From positions 1 through 47,808 of the forward strand of contig JBILHA010000001.1 of assembly GCA_044350705.1 (NCBI GenBank): a stretch of DNA of 47,808 bases, read 5' to 3'. The stretch's first letter is position 1, and each line of letters opens with the position of its first letter. Source of the stretch: Candidatus Kapaibacterium sp. Lineage in GTDB: Bacteria; Patescibacteriota; Patescibacteriia; UBA9934. The translations under genes were made by a program, and so were the position numbers. The notes beneath the pieces are model-generated. The model saw nothing but the letters and a program-made list of their open reading frames with translations. It was not told where the DNA came from and did no database searches. Below are positions 27,119 to 35,862 of the stretch, in pieces.

Positions 27119-27226
27119 GGCTCCATCGTCTATCGGTTAGTCCGGCAACGTCCGCAAGGATTTTGTAGGCGGACGGCCGGATCCGGCCTTCGGTGAAACT
27201 TTATGTACCGAAGTAGCCGGAGACAC
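27119..27226 (+). pseudogene. Split 5' fragment of tRNA-Glu (27 nt) interrupted by an 81-nt structured insert.
   Basis: 27119-27140 is identical to 27254-27275, and 27222-27226 (GACAC) is identical to 27276-27280. The insert 27141-27221 has TCCGGC/GCCGGA ends and three internal hairpins. No T-arm or 3' acceptor strand follows. Confidence 0.6.
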
Positions 27227-27253
27227 AGATTTTATACGATGTGACTTCAGCTT

Positions 27254-27328
27254 GGCTCCATCGTCTATCGGTTAGGACACGGGCTTTTCAAGCCTGTAAG
27301 CCGGGTTCGACTCCCGGTGGAGTCACCA
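27254..27328 (+). tRNA. tRNA-Glu (UUC), CCA encoded.
   Basis: GGCTCCATCGTCTATCGGTTAGGACACGGGCTTTTCAAGCCTGTAAGCCGGGTTCGACTCCCGGTGGAGTCACCA, with anticodon loop TT-TTC-AA. Confidence 0.93.
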
Positions 27329-27330
27329 CA

Positions 27331-27366
27331 AAAAGACCTCTCATCATGAGAGGTCTTTTTGTTTTT
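27331..27366. terminator. Bidirectional terminator shared by tRNA-Glu (+) and the SOD gene (-).
   Basis: AAAAGACCTCTCA-tca-TGAGAGGTCTTTT, followed by TGTTTTTTT. Confidence 0.75.
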
Positions 27367-27939
27367 TTATTTGAAGCGCTTCGTAATAATTTCCCAATTG
27401 AGGTTTTGGAAAAATGCGTTGATGTACTCACTGCGTTGTGCGGGAAGGTAATCTACCATGAAGGCGTGTTCCCAGACGTCCATTGCAAGAAGTACGGGGA
27501 GGCCGCCGAGGTGGCCAAGTTCGTGATCGCTTACCCAGACATTGTGGAGCGTATTTGCTTTTGGATCGTGTACGAGAAGTACCCATCCGATGCCTCGCAT
27601 GACGCCCATGGCTTGAAATTCTGCTTTCCAGGCGTCAACAGAACCCCAGCGACGGGTAATTGCATCTGCGAGCGCACTGCTTGCGATTTCTCCATTTCCT
27701 CCGAGAGATTCGAAGTAGAGTTCGTGGAGACGCATTCCGTTGAATTCGAATCCGAACCGACGAGTGATTTCAGACAGTGCTATTGCGTGTGTTTCGGAAT
27801 CTTTTTTGTACTCAGCAATTTTCGCAAGCATTGCGTTCGTATTTTTTACATAGCCTGCATACAGCTTGAGGTGTACCTCGAGCTGTTTTTGAGATATACC
27901 GGTTACGTTTTCGAGATTGAAGGATTGTTCTGAGTACAT
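27367..27939 (-). CDS. Fe/Mn-family superoxide dismutase.
   Basis: LEVHLKLYAGYV, FNGMRLHELYF and the C-terminal LAMDVWEHAFMVDY signature; 190 aa. Confidence 0.85.
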   Translation of the reverse strand: MYSEQSFNLENVTGISQKQLEVHLKLYAGYVKNTNAMLAKIAEYKKDSETHAIALSEITRRFGFEFNGMRLHELYFESLGGNGEIASSALADAITRRWGSVDAWKAEFQAMGVMRGIGWVLLVHDPKANTLHNVWVSDHELGHLGGLPVLLAMDVWEHAFMVDYLPAQRSEYINAFFQNLNWEIITKRFK

Positions 27940-28037
27940 AGGGAGTGAGGGGAGTTGGGGGAGTAAAGGGAGCGGGGGAATGATGCAATGTGAGGACGTT
28001 CTCTTTTTTGCAAATTCATGCTAGCATATTTTTAATT

Positions 28038-29063
28038 ATGGTAAAAATTCTTGCCATTGAAACGAGTTGTGATGAAACTGCCCTTGCGCTTGTTGAAGGG
28101 GATGGAGAGCGCGTGACTTTGCGTGCATCGCTTGTCCGTTCGCAAGTTGATATTCATGCGGTGTATGGGGGTGTTGTTCCGGATATTGCGGCGCGTGAAC
28201 ATGTTGAACTTCTCATGCCGATGCTTCATCGGGCAAAGACGGAAGGATTGCTTGATGAGCTCGATGCTGTTGCGGTTACTGCAGGGCCTGGGCTTGCGCC
28301 AGCATTGCGCGTGGGTGTGGGTGCGGCAAAGGGTTTGGCATGGAGTTTGGGAGTGCCTTTGGTGCCGGTGTGTCACCTAGAAGGGCATATTTATGCTTCG
28401 TGGATTCGCGATGATGGCTATGTTCCTGCATTTCCTATTCTTGCCCTTATTGTTTCTGGAGGGCATACCGAGCTTGTTCTTATGAAGGGTCATGGGGAAT
28501 TTGAACGCTTAGGTGAAACGCTCGATGATGCGGCGGGCGAGGCATTTGATAAAGTGGCAAAAATGCTTGAACTTGGATATCCCGGTGGGCCGCGTGTTGC
28601 CGCGCTTGCGGAGCAGGGAAGGAAAGATGCGTTTGCATTTCCTCGTGCCATGGAAAAGAGTGGAGACTTTTTGTTTAGTTTTTCCGGCGTGAAGACGTCC
28701 GTATTGTATGAACTTCGTAAATTGGCTGATGCGAAAGGTTTAACTGATGGTGTACGTGCTGACATTGCGGCTTCTTTTCAGGAGGCGGTTGTTGATATTT
28801 TGAATAAGAAAACATGTGCCGCTGTGCAGAAATATCGTCCGGCGTCGGTAGTGCTTGCTGGGGGAGTTGCTGCGAACGTGGCGCTTCGCGAACGATTGCA
28901 AGAAAGTTGTGCGAAGTTAGCAGTGCCTTTTTTTATGCCGGAGTTTCGTTTTTCTATGGATAATGCGGCGATGATTGCGGTAGCGGGATATTTCCGGTTT
29001 TTGCAAGGCGCAGGGCGAGATCCAAAAGATGTTTCTGTAGATCCGAATTTAGATATTGTTTAG
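28038..29063 (+). CDS. tsaD: tRNA N6-adenosine threonylcarbamoyltransferase TsaD (Kae1/Gcp).
   Basis: ILAIETSCDETA, metal site CHLEGHIY, VSGGHTEL, AGEAFDKVAK. I chose the ATG at 28038. Confidence 0.93.
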   Translation: MVKILAIETSCDETALALVEGDGERVTLRASLVRSQVDIHAVYGGVVPDIAAREHVELLMPMLHRAKTEGLLDELDAVAVTAGPGLAPALRVGVGAAKGLAWSLGVPLVPVCHLEGHIYASWIRDDGYVPAFPILALIVSGGHTELVLMKGHGEFERLGETLDDAAGEAFDKVAKMLELGYPGGPRVAALAEQGRKDAFAFPRAMEKSGDFLFSFSGVKTSVLYELRKLADAKGLTDGVRADIAASFQEAVVDILNKKTCAAVQKYRPASVVLAGGVAANVALRERLQESCAKLAVPFFMPEFRFSMDNAAMIAVAGYFRFLQGAGRDPKDVSVDPNLDIV

Positions 29064-29065
29064 CT

Positions 29066-29500
29066 ATGTCGCAAACATTTCTTACGCAGTCGAAAGAAGA
29101 GACGCAGCGTATTGCTGCTGATTTTGCGAAGACGCTTCGAGGCGGGGAGGTTATTGCGCTTGTTGGTGATGTTGGCGCGGGAAAGACAACGTTTACTCAG
29201 GGGCTTGTTGCGGCGCTTGGGAGTACGTCGCGCGTGAAGTCACCTACTTTTGCGGTATTGCATGAATATCCTGTAGTGCAGCATGCTACTATAACTCGTG
29301 TCGTACACATTGATTTTTATCGCTTTACTTCGCCAGAAGAGGTGCGCGCCTTGGAGCTTGATGAATATCGCAATGGAAGTACGGTGATTATTGCTGAATG
29401 GCCGAATATTTTTGAGCAAGATGTATTACAGGCAACGATAACTCTTCATTTTTCTCATCTTCATGCTGATGAGCGAGAAATAGTGATTTATGGTGATTGA
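29066..29500 (+). CDS. tsaE: t6A biosynthesis ATPase TsaE (YjeE).
   Basis: P-loop LVGDVGAGKTTFTQGL, SPTFAV, HIDFYR. Confidence 0.9.
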   Translation: MSQTFLTQSKEETQRIAADFAKTLRGGEVIALVGDVGAGKTTFTQGLVAALGSTSRVKSPTFAVLHEYPVVQHATITRVVHIDFYRFTSPEEVRALELDEYRNGSTVIIAEWPNIFEQDVLQATITLHFSHLHADEREIVIYGD

Positions 29501-30146
29501 ACATGGAGGCTTTCGTGAGCGTGGGTATAGTGGTGGTCTTGCAGAGCGAGATATGTTAGGATCTCCATTTCAAGTTCTTTCCGGGAAGGATCGTCAGTCG
29601 GAGATTGCTAGGGTAGCCCGATTTAAGCAGGATTTGATTGCTCTACAAAGAAAATTTGAAGAGAATGGCTATCTTCCTTTTGATACTGCCATGCAATTTT
29701 GTAGAGAGCATCAGGCTGAGGATCCTCTCGTTCCTTCTAAGCCTTTTTTGCAGGAGTTGTTTAAGCACATTACTGATATTGTCACGGAGTCCTTTGAGAT
29801 TGATGATATTGATATAGACGATCTACGCTTTTTTTCTTCCGTTGATACCCCCCTTGATATTTTTCATGGTATCGACGGTTGGATTGAAATTAAACATCCA
29901 AAAACAGGGGCTTTTGTTTCCGTAACGCTTGATGTTACTCAGAATTTAGGAAAGCTTTATGATGGTCATAAGGCTGATGTCATTGTTCAGGCAATTGATC
30001 ATTACCCCACCCCGCCTCGTGCCAGGATCCCCCTTCCTCAAGAGGTTGCAAAGTACTGTCAAGAGATGGCTCGTTTTTCTGCGCAGGTACGAGCGGTCGC
30101 TCAAGAGATATGTGAGCATGCTTTTCCTTATCGGAAAGTCGCTTGA
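29490..30146 (+). CDS. Hypothetical protein (218 aa) overlapping the tsaE 3' end by 11 nt.
   Basis: Clean ATG ORF. I recognise no motif. It does not look like TsaB, because it lacks the ASKHA-type N-terminus. Confidence 0.55.
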   Translation: MVIEHGGFRERGYSGGLAERDMLGSPFQVLSGKDRQSEIARVARFKQDLIALQRKFEENGYLPFDTAMQFCREHQAEDPLVPSKPFLQELFKHITDIVTESFEIDDIDIDDLRFFSSVDTPLDIFHGIDGWIEIKHPKTGAFVSVTLDVTQNLGKLYDGHKADVIVQAIDHYPTPPRARIPLPQEVAKYCQEMARFSAQVRAVAQEICEHAFPYRKVA

Positions 30147-30160
30147 AAGAGGTTATTTGA

Positions 30161-30877
30161 TCATGTTAGAAATTTTGCGCATGCAACGATGGCGGCGGTT
30201 TCTGCTCGCATGACCAGGCTGCCGATTTTTATGATATGTGTTTTGCTGTCTTTTGCAAGCGCGATTTCTTGTGGGGTAAAACCTCCCTCAGGACCGATAA
30301 AGAGTGCAAGTGGCATGGTTTTTTGAAGAGGAGGAAGTTTTGATTCCTCTCCTTCCTCGTGGAAAATAATTCGTGCCATGGATGCCGTTTTTCCCATTGC
30401 TTTCGCGAAGGTGATGGGTTCTTCAATGGTAGGGATCGTTGCTCGTCCGGATTGTTCTGAAGCCTCTTTTACGATTTCATTCCATCGTTTGTTTATTCCC
30501 GGCGTTTTTTTAATGGTGCGATCGGTATGGAGCGGGATAACATGCGCTACGCCAAGTTCGGTACATTTTTGAAGCATCCATTCAAAGGTATCCTTTTTCG
30601 TGATCGCTGCGCATACGGTGACTTCAGGTTTGAGCGGAGGAATAATGCGCGATCCTGTAATTACTCCAGTTACCGCACTTCTCGTAATATCCGTAATGTG
30701 ACATTCAATCTCGGTGCCATTATTGGGAAGTAACGAAAGATGATCGTCGGGCTTCATGCGAAGTACCTGGACGATTTGTTTATGGAGAGGACCTGCTGGA
30801 ATAGAGAAGGCCTCTGCGCTCAAAGCAATCCATTCCTCCGGAACGAAAAAGCGAGCCGTGCGCATAGATGAGAGCAT
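30161..30877 (-). CDS. rsmE: 16S rRNA (uracil1498-N3)-methyltransferase RsmE.
   Basis: MRTARFFV, PUA-like N-terminus and the SPOUT C-terminus LFIGPEGGFTPQEI...LGSLVMRAETAA. An alternative start lies at 30865. Confidence 0.88.
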   Translation of the reverse strand: MLSSMRTARFFVPEEWIALSAEAFSIPAGPLHKQIVQVLRMKPDDHLSLLPNNGTEIECHITDITRSAVTGVITGSRIIPPLKPEVTVCAAITKKDTFEWMLQKCTELGVAHVIPLHTDRTIKKTPGINKRWNEIVKEASEQSGRATIPTIEEPITFAKAMGKTASMARIIFHEEGEESKLPPLQKTMPLALFIGPEGGFTPQEIALAKDSKTHIIKIGSLVMRAETAAIVACAKFLT

Positions 30878-30885
30878 CCTAGCAT

Positions 30886-30928
30886 AAACAAAAAAACATG
30901 ACGAGCGGAGAATGTCGTCATGTTTTTT
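30886..30928 (-). terminator. Terminator downstream of pilB.
   Basis: CATGACGA-gcggagaatg-TCGTCATG with A7 and T6 flanks. Confidence 0.65.
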
Positions 30929-32807
30929 ATAACCCTACGATGCGTTGTACCTCCTCTACTGAGGTGAGTCCTTCGCTCGCTTTGAGGAGACCGTCTTGCG
31001 CCATGGTTACCATGCCCTGTACTTTTGCAATGTCGCGCATTTCGTATTCTGAGAGCGCTCCGTTGCTTTTGAGAATGGCTTGTTCAAGGGTGGCGTCTTT
31101 TATGAGTACTTCGTATACACCAACTCGCCCTTTATATCCACTGTTGTTGCATATGGTGCAACCTTTTGGACCATACCAGGTGATTTTTTCGAATGTTAAT
31201 TGCTCTTCTCCGGAGTTTTGCGGAATTTCAGCTAGTTTTGTTTTTGCAATTTCTGCGAGTTCAGTCGGAAGCGTTATCTGTTGTTTGCATATGCATAGTT
31301 TGCGTACTAGGCGTTGTCCCATGATGGCATTGATTGCAGGTGCAAGAAGGTGAGGGGCAACGCCCATAGAAAGGAAGCGGGGAATCGCACCGGCGGCATC
31401 ATTGGTATGGATGGTTGAGAGCAGCATGTGCCCAGTCAGTGCGGCCTGAATGGCGGTTTCTGCAGTTTCTAGGTCACGGATTTCTCCCACCATGACAATA
31501 TCGGGGTCTTGGCGGAGAATGGAGCGTAATCCCTTTGCAAAGGTATAGTCTTTGCTCGCATCGATTTGGCTTTGATTGATGCCTTCGAGTTTGTATTCGA
31601 CCGGATCTTCCAGGGTGATGATTTTTACATCAGAGGTGTTGAGTTTGCTTAATATTGCGTAGAGCGTCGTTGTTTTACCTGATCCGGTTGGACCGGTGGT
31701 AATTACCATGCCGTTTGGTCGCTCCACTTCGCGAAGGATCTTTTTGAGGGCTGCAGGACGGAAGCCGAGCGCGTCAAACGAAAGAGAGATTGCGTCAGGG
31801 TTGAGAAGGCGCATGACCACGGATTCTCCAAATGCGGTTGGAATAGTAGAAACGCGTACATCGATTTTTTTGTTTTGTTGAAAGATAGTAAAGCGTCCGT
31901 CTTGGGCTTGGTTGGTGATATTCATTTTTACGCTTGCGATGAGCTTGATGCGGTTGATGATTTTTTTCCATTGATCTCGGTCAATGCGAGCAATTTCTTG
32001 TAACATACCGTCAATACGAAGCCGAACGATAATTCCCTTTTCTTCAGCTTCTACGTGAATATCTGAAGATCCGAATTTTATTGCTGCTGCAATAACGACG
32101 GTAATCATGTCGGTGACATTTGCCTGGGAGAGAAGTGATGCGACGGTTGATGCTTCACTCATGGAGTCTTGGTATTTTTTGAGGTCTGCTTCGGTGATTT
32201 CTACGCCCTTTACGATGGCGGTGATTTTCGGCAGCGCTTCGTAGAGCTTCATGGCATGTGTGAAGCTCTCTTCGCTGATCATGTAGAGTTTGCCATTTGC
32301 TTTGTGGCGTTCGGTGAGTTGAAAAAGCACCTCTTCTATTTGAGGTTTTTCTGGTTCTTTTGCTGCAACTCGGAGTTCTGATCCATTAAAGAGGAAGGCG
32401 ACCATGCCTAATGCACGTGCCTGTGCTTCAGGAATAAGCTGGAGTGCATCAGGACTAATGGGGAAGCCCTTCAATTCAATTGTGGGTAGTCCTAACGCAC
32501 GTGCTTTACGTCCGGTTTCATCTTCTGATTCTCTTCGGGCAATTGCAGTCATTTTTTCTTGGAGCTTTTCAGTGATTTCTTCATTTTCGCTCAGGCTCAT
32601 TTTTCCTGCAGGCGTTTGTAGGGTTGATGAAGAGAATGAGACTCGTGCGGGGGGGGCTGTATTGGGAGAAGAAGGAGTCGTTGGGGAAAGGGTGTTTTGT
32701 TGAGAGGTAGACGCGGTATCCTGTGTTTTTTCTGAGGGAACAGAAGATTGGGTCGTATTTTGATTGCGACGTGCGAGTAATTCTTTTATGGAAGGAAGTG
32801 GAGACAT
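30927..32807 (-). CDS. pilB: Type IV pilus / type II secretion assembly ATPase (PilB/GspE family).
   Basis: Walker A TGPTGSGKTTTLYA, Asp box, Walker B DIVMVGEIRD, His box and a tetracysteine-like CxxC region (GPKGCTICNNSGY). The N-terminus is Ser/Thr/Pro-rich and low-complexity. Confidence 0.9.
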   Translation of the reverse strand: MSPLPSIKELLARRNQNTTQSSVPSEKTQDTASTSQQNTLSPTTPSSPNTAPPARVSFSSSTLQTPAGKMSLSENEEITEKLQEKMTAIARRESEDETGRKARALGLPTIELKGFPISPDALQLIPEAQARALGMVAFLFNGSELRVAAKEPEKPQIEEVLFQLTERHKANGKLYMISEESFTHAMKLYEALPKITAIVKGVEITEADLKKYQDSMSEASTVASLLSQANVTDMITVVIAAAIKFGSSDIHVEAEEKGIIVRLRIDGMLQEIARIDRDQWKKIINRIKLIASVKMNITNQAQDGRFTIFQQNKKIDVRVSTIPTAFGESVVMRLLNPDAISLSFDALGFRPAALKKILREVERPNGMVITTGPTGSGKTTTLYAILSKLNTSDVKIITLEDPVEYKLEGINQSQIDASKDYTFAKGLRSILRQDPDIVMVGEIRDLETAETAIQAALTGHMLLSTIHTNDAAGAIPRFLSMGVAPHLLAPAINAIMGQRLVRKLCICKQQITLPTELAEIAKTKLAEIPQNSGEEQLTFEKITWYGPKGCTICNNSGYKGRVGVYEVLIKDATLEQAILKSNGALSEYEMRDIAKVQGMVTMAQDGLLKASEGLTSVEEVQRIVGL

Positions 32808-32810
32808 GGG

Positions 32811-33824
32811 TTATCCAAACAGGTGCTTAAGGGTACGTTTGGCATGGGTAGAGCTTCGCGCGGTTTGAGGTTTTTTTGTCGTTGTAAAAGTTTCGTCGAG
32901 AGCGTTCCAGCTGAGATAGGTCACGAGTGTTGAAAAGCCTGCAGCTGCAACGGCCCATGTTGCGCCAAGAAGCACGGTACAGAACGTTATGATGGTTATG
33001 CCGGTGAGTGTTCCTTGAGAAATCATGAGACTAAAGAAGGGAATACTCAAGCTGCCGATTAGGATAAGTCCCACAATTGCAAGGATGGAAATGGCGAATG
33101 TAACCGCGAAGAGCACGAGAGAGAGCTCCGCGCAGGCCACAGGATGGGTTTTCATCGTTTTCCAAGCAGCCTCTAGCGCATGTACTATGGAAGTATTTTT
33201 TTTCACAACACCTATCAGCGCAAACATGCCCCAAATATTCAGCGCGAAAGCAATAATGATGGTGAATGCTGAAAAAATAGTTCCAAACAGGGCATCAAAG
33301 AAAAATTGTGTGGGCTGGAGATTTGAAACGAGGATGCTTGTTACGATGAGGAGGTTGATGATGAGTATTTTTATAAATGCATCAATGGTTAAAATACGAA
33401 GTAAGCGTGGATGTGCAGCGTCTTTTGCAAGCTCATTCATGCTTAGGGAAGCTTTGCTTGTCATTGTATGATGACTTGCGCGTAAGATGATGTGTTGACA
33501 CCAGGCGAGCATCCCGGCTCCTATCAGGATGAGAAGGATCCCGGTAATCGTTGTAATGATTATGGCATATGGGCCCTGTAATACGATACTTGCAAGCATT
33601 TCTCGGGTAAAAGAAATACTGGTAAGTAGCGTGAGCGGATCGGTTCCTGGAAGGGTAGAGGAGAGACGTGCTTGCGTGAGCACGTCGTTGACGGCTGCTC
33701 CTATTCCTGCGAGTCCGGCAATGGCTGCAATCGGCCAAAGCTCCCGATGATGCCATGCGTGGGATACCGCATTTCCGATCAGGGGTCTAAAAAATGATTT
33801 CTCCTCTCTTTTTTTTCCAGGCAT
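32811..33824 (-). CDS. Hypothetical polytopic membrane protein (337 aa), 3 nt upstream of pilB.
   Basis: I chose the ATG at 33824, which has GGAGGA 4 nt upstream. Several hydrophobic helices are present. It is not PilC/GspF-like by eye. Confidence 0.6.
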   Translation of the reverse strand: MPGKKREEKSFFRPLIGNAVSHAWHHRELWPIAAIAGLAGIGAAVNDVLTQARLSSTLPGTDPLTLLTSISFTREMLASIVLQGPYAIIITTITGILLILIGAGMLAWCQHIILRASHHTMTSKASLSMNELAKDAAHPRLLRILTIDAFIKILIINLLIVTSILVSNLQPTQFFFDALFGTIFSAFTIIIAFALNIWGMFALIGVVKKNTSIVHALEAAWKTMKTHPVACAELSLVLFAVTFAISILAIVGLILIGSLSIPFFSLMISQGTLTGITIITFCTVLLGATWAVAAAGFSTLVTYLSWNALDETFTTTKKPQTARSSTHAKRTLKHLFG

Positions 33825-33926
33825 ATTCCTCCAAGTAATAGGTAAAGTATAACATTGTTTCCTAGCATCATTTTTTCTTTCGCCGAAGAAAAACCTCTCA
33901 TGGATCATGAGAGGTTTTTTCTTTTA

Positions 33927-35783
33927 TTAGGCTGTTTTTGGTGTCATGAGTGGAGCTTTTTTCTTTGCGCCCACGAGTTTTTCGAACTCTTCTTTTTCGA
34001 TCGTTTCTTTTTCAAGGAGAACGTTTACGATTTCATCCATTGCTTTTCGTTGTTCGCGGACGATGCGTGTTGCGGTTTCAAGCGCAGCATGCAGGATGCG
34101 GTTTATTTCTGCGTCAATGGATTCAGCTACTTTTTCTGAGTAATCTCGATTTTCATGAATTTGTTTTCCGAGGAAAATCATGTCTTCGCGTTCTCCGTAG
34201 GTACGAGGGCCGAGAAGGTCGCTCATGCCATATTGGGTGACGAGTTGGCGGGCGAGGTGCGTTGCTTTTTGTAGGTCATTGCTTGCGCCTGTCGTTAGAT
34301 CTCCAAAGATTTCTTTTTCCGTTACATATCCTCCCAGGGTCATTGCAAGGTCATCAAGGAATTCTTGGCGAGAATGCATTTTACGATCTTCCTGAGGAAT
34401 ACTCATGGTGTAGCCTGCTGCTCGGCCACGGGAAATGATGGAGATTTTGTGTACATCATCGCAGTGGGGAAGGAGGTGACCTACGATGGCGTGTCCTGCC
34501 TCGTGATATGCGGTGAGCACGCGTTCCTCTTTGGAGAGGATGTGGCTCTTGCGCTCTGGGCCAAGCATGACTTTTTCGATGGCGTCGAGGAGATCAATTT
34601 GATTGATTTCTTTTTGGTTGCGACGTGCGGCGAGAATCGCTGCCTCGTTCATGACGTTCGCAAGATCTGCGCCTGACATGCCGACGGTTCGTTCAGCGAT
34701 GCGCTGAAGATCGACCCCTTCCGCGAGTGGCTTTTCTTTTGCGTGGATATCGAGGATCGCTCGGCGGTCTTTGAGGTCAGGGCGATCAAGTACCACGCGG
34801 CGATCAAAGCGACCTGGACGCAAAAGTGCAGGATCAAGTACGTCTGGACGGTTGGTGGCTGCGATGACGATAATACCGAGGTTTGGTTCAAAGCCGTCCA
34901 TTTCTACGAGGATTTGGTTGAGTGTCTGTTCACGTTCGTCGTGTCCGCCTCCTACGCCTGTGCCGCGCTGACGTCCTACGGCATCAATTTCGTCGATAAA
35001 GACGATACAAGGTGCAGCTTTTTTTGCCTTAGTAAATAAGTCACGTACTCGTGATGCACCCACACCTACGAACATTTCTACGAATTCAGAGCCTGAGATG
35101 TGAAAGAAGGGGACGTTTGCTTCTCCTGCAACTGCACGAGAGATGAGCGTTTTACCCGTTCCTGGAGGACCCATGAGGAGTACGCCTTTTGGAATTTTTG
35201 CTCCTAAGTCCGCAAATTTCTTTGGTGTTTTTAAGAACTCCACAATTTCTGTGAGCTCTTCTTTTGCTTCAGGATTTCCTGCCACTTCCGCAAACGTAAT
35301 TTTATTCTTTTTATTGTTTACTTCGCGAGCATTAGATTGTCCAAAGGTAAGGGCTTTTCCGTTTGCTCCTTGCATTTGACGGTAGAGAAGGAAGAGTACA
35401 AAACCTACACCGATTACCAGAATGAGTGTGGGGAGAATGCTTTGCAGCAAAATGACACCTGCAGAAGGTTCTTTTATCTCAATACTTAATCCAGAGAGTT
35501 TTTCCCCAGATACTCCATAATCCGTTAAGAGCTCGGTCACTGCTTGAGAAGGCTCCTTTTTTGTGATGTAGGTTGTGCCATTTGCTCCTACGCCGGTGAG
35601 CGTGTCTTCTTCTACGGTCATTGCCGTGACATTTCCGTTTTGAATCTCTTGCACAAGAGACGAAACAGGTACATGGGAAACGTTTTGCGGCTTTGCTGTA
35701 ATGACTGAAAAGAGGACGCTCACTGCGACCAGAACAAGGAGGAAGGTAATGATATTTCGAGAGAGAGGTTTCATAGGCTTCAT
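33927..35783 (-). CDS. ftsH: ATP-dependent zinc metalloprotease FtsH.
   Basis: Two N-terminal TMs, Walker [13 protein letters not shown] region and zinc site HEAGHAIV. Confidence 0.97.
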   Translation of the reverse strand: MKPMKPLSRNIITFLLVLVAVSVLFSVITAKPQNVSHVPVSSLVQEIQNGNVTAMTVEEDTLTGVGANGTTYITKKEPSQAVTELLTDYGVSGEKLSGLSIEIKEPSAGVILLQSILPTLILVIGVGFVLFLLYRQMQGANGKALTFGQSNAREVNNKKNKITFAEVAGNPEAKEELTEIVEFLKTPKKFADLGAKIPKGVLLMGPPGTGKTLISRAVAGEANVPFFHISGSEFVEMFVGVGASRVRDLFTKAKKAAPCIVFIDEIDAVGRQRGTGVGGGHDEREQTLNQILVEMDGFEPNLGIIVIAATNRPDVLDPALLRPGRFDRRVVLDRPDLKDRRAILDIHAKEKPLAEGVDLQRIAERTVGMSGADLANVMNEAAILAARRNQKEINQIDLLDAIEKVMLGPERKSHILSKEERVLTAYHEAGHAIVGHLLPHCDDVHKISIISRGRAAGYTMSIPQEDRKMHSRQEFLDDLAMTLGGYVTEKEIFGDLTTGASNDLQKATHLARQLVTQYGMSDLLGPRTYGEREDMIFLGKQIHENRDYSEKVAESIDAEINRILHAALETATRIVREQRKAMDEIVNVLLEKETIEKEEFEKLVGAKKKAPLMTPKTA

Positions 35784-35862
35784 GCGGGTATCTTGGCAGA
35801 AAGAAAGGGCTTTTGCAACAAAAAATAATCGACCCGTTGTAAGGGTCGATTATTTTTTTGGC

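Noticed and set aside
27241-27933. 230-aa plus-strand ORF covering tRNA-Glu and the SOD gene.
   Set aside because: It runs through a tRNA gene and a terminator and is the codon-aligned shadow of the superoxide dismutase gene.
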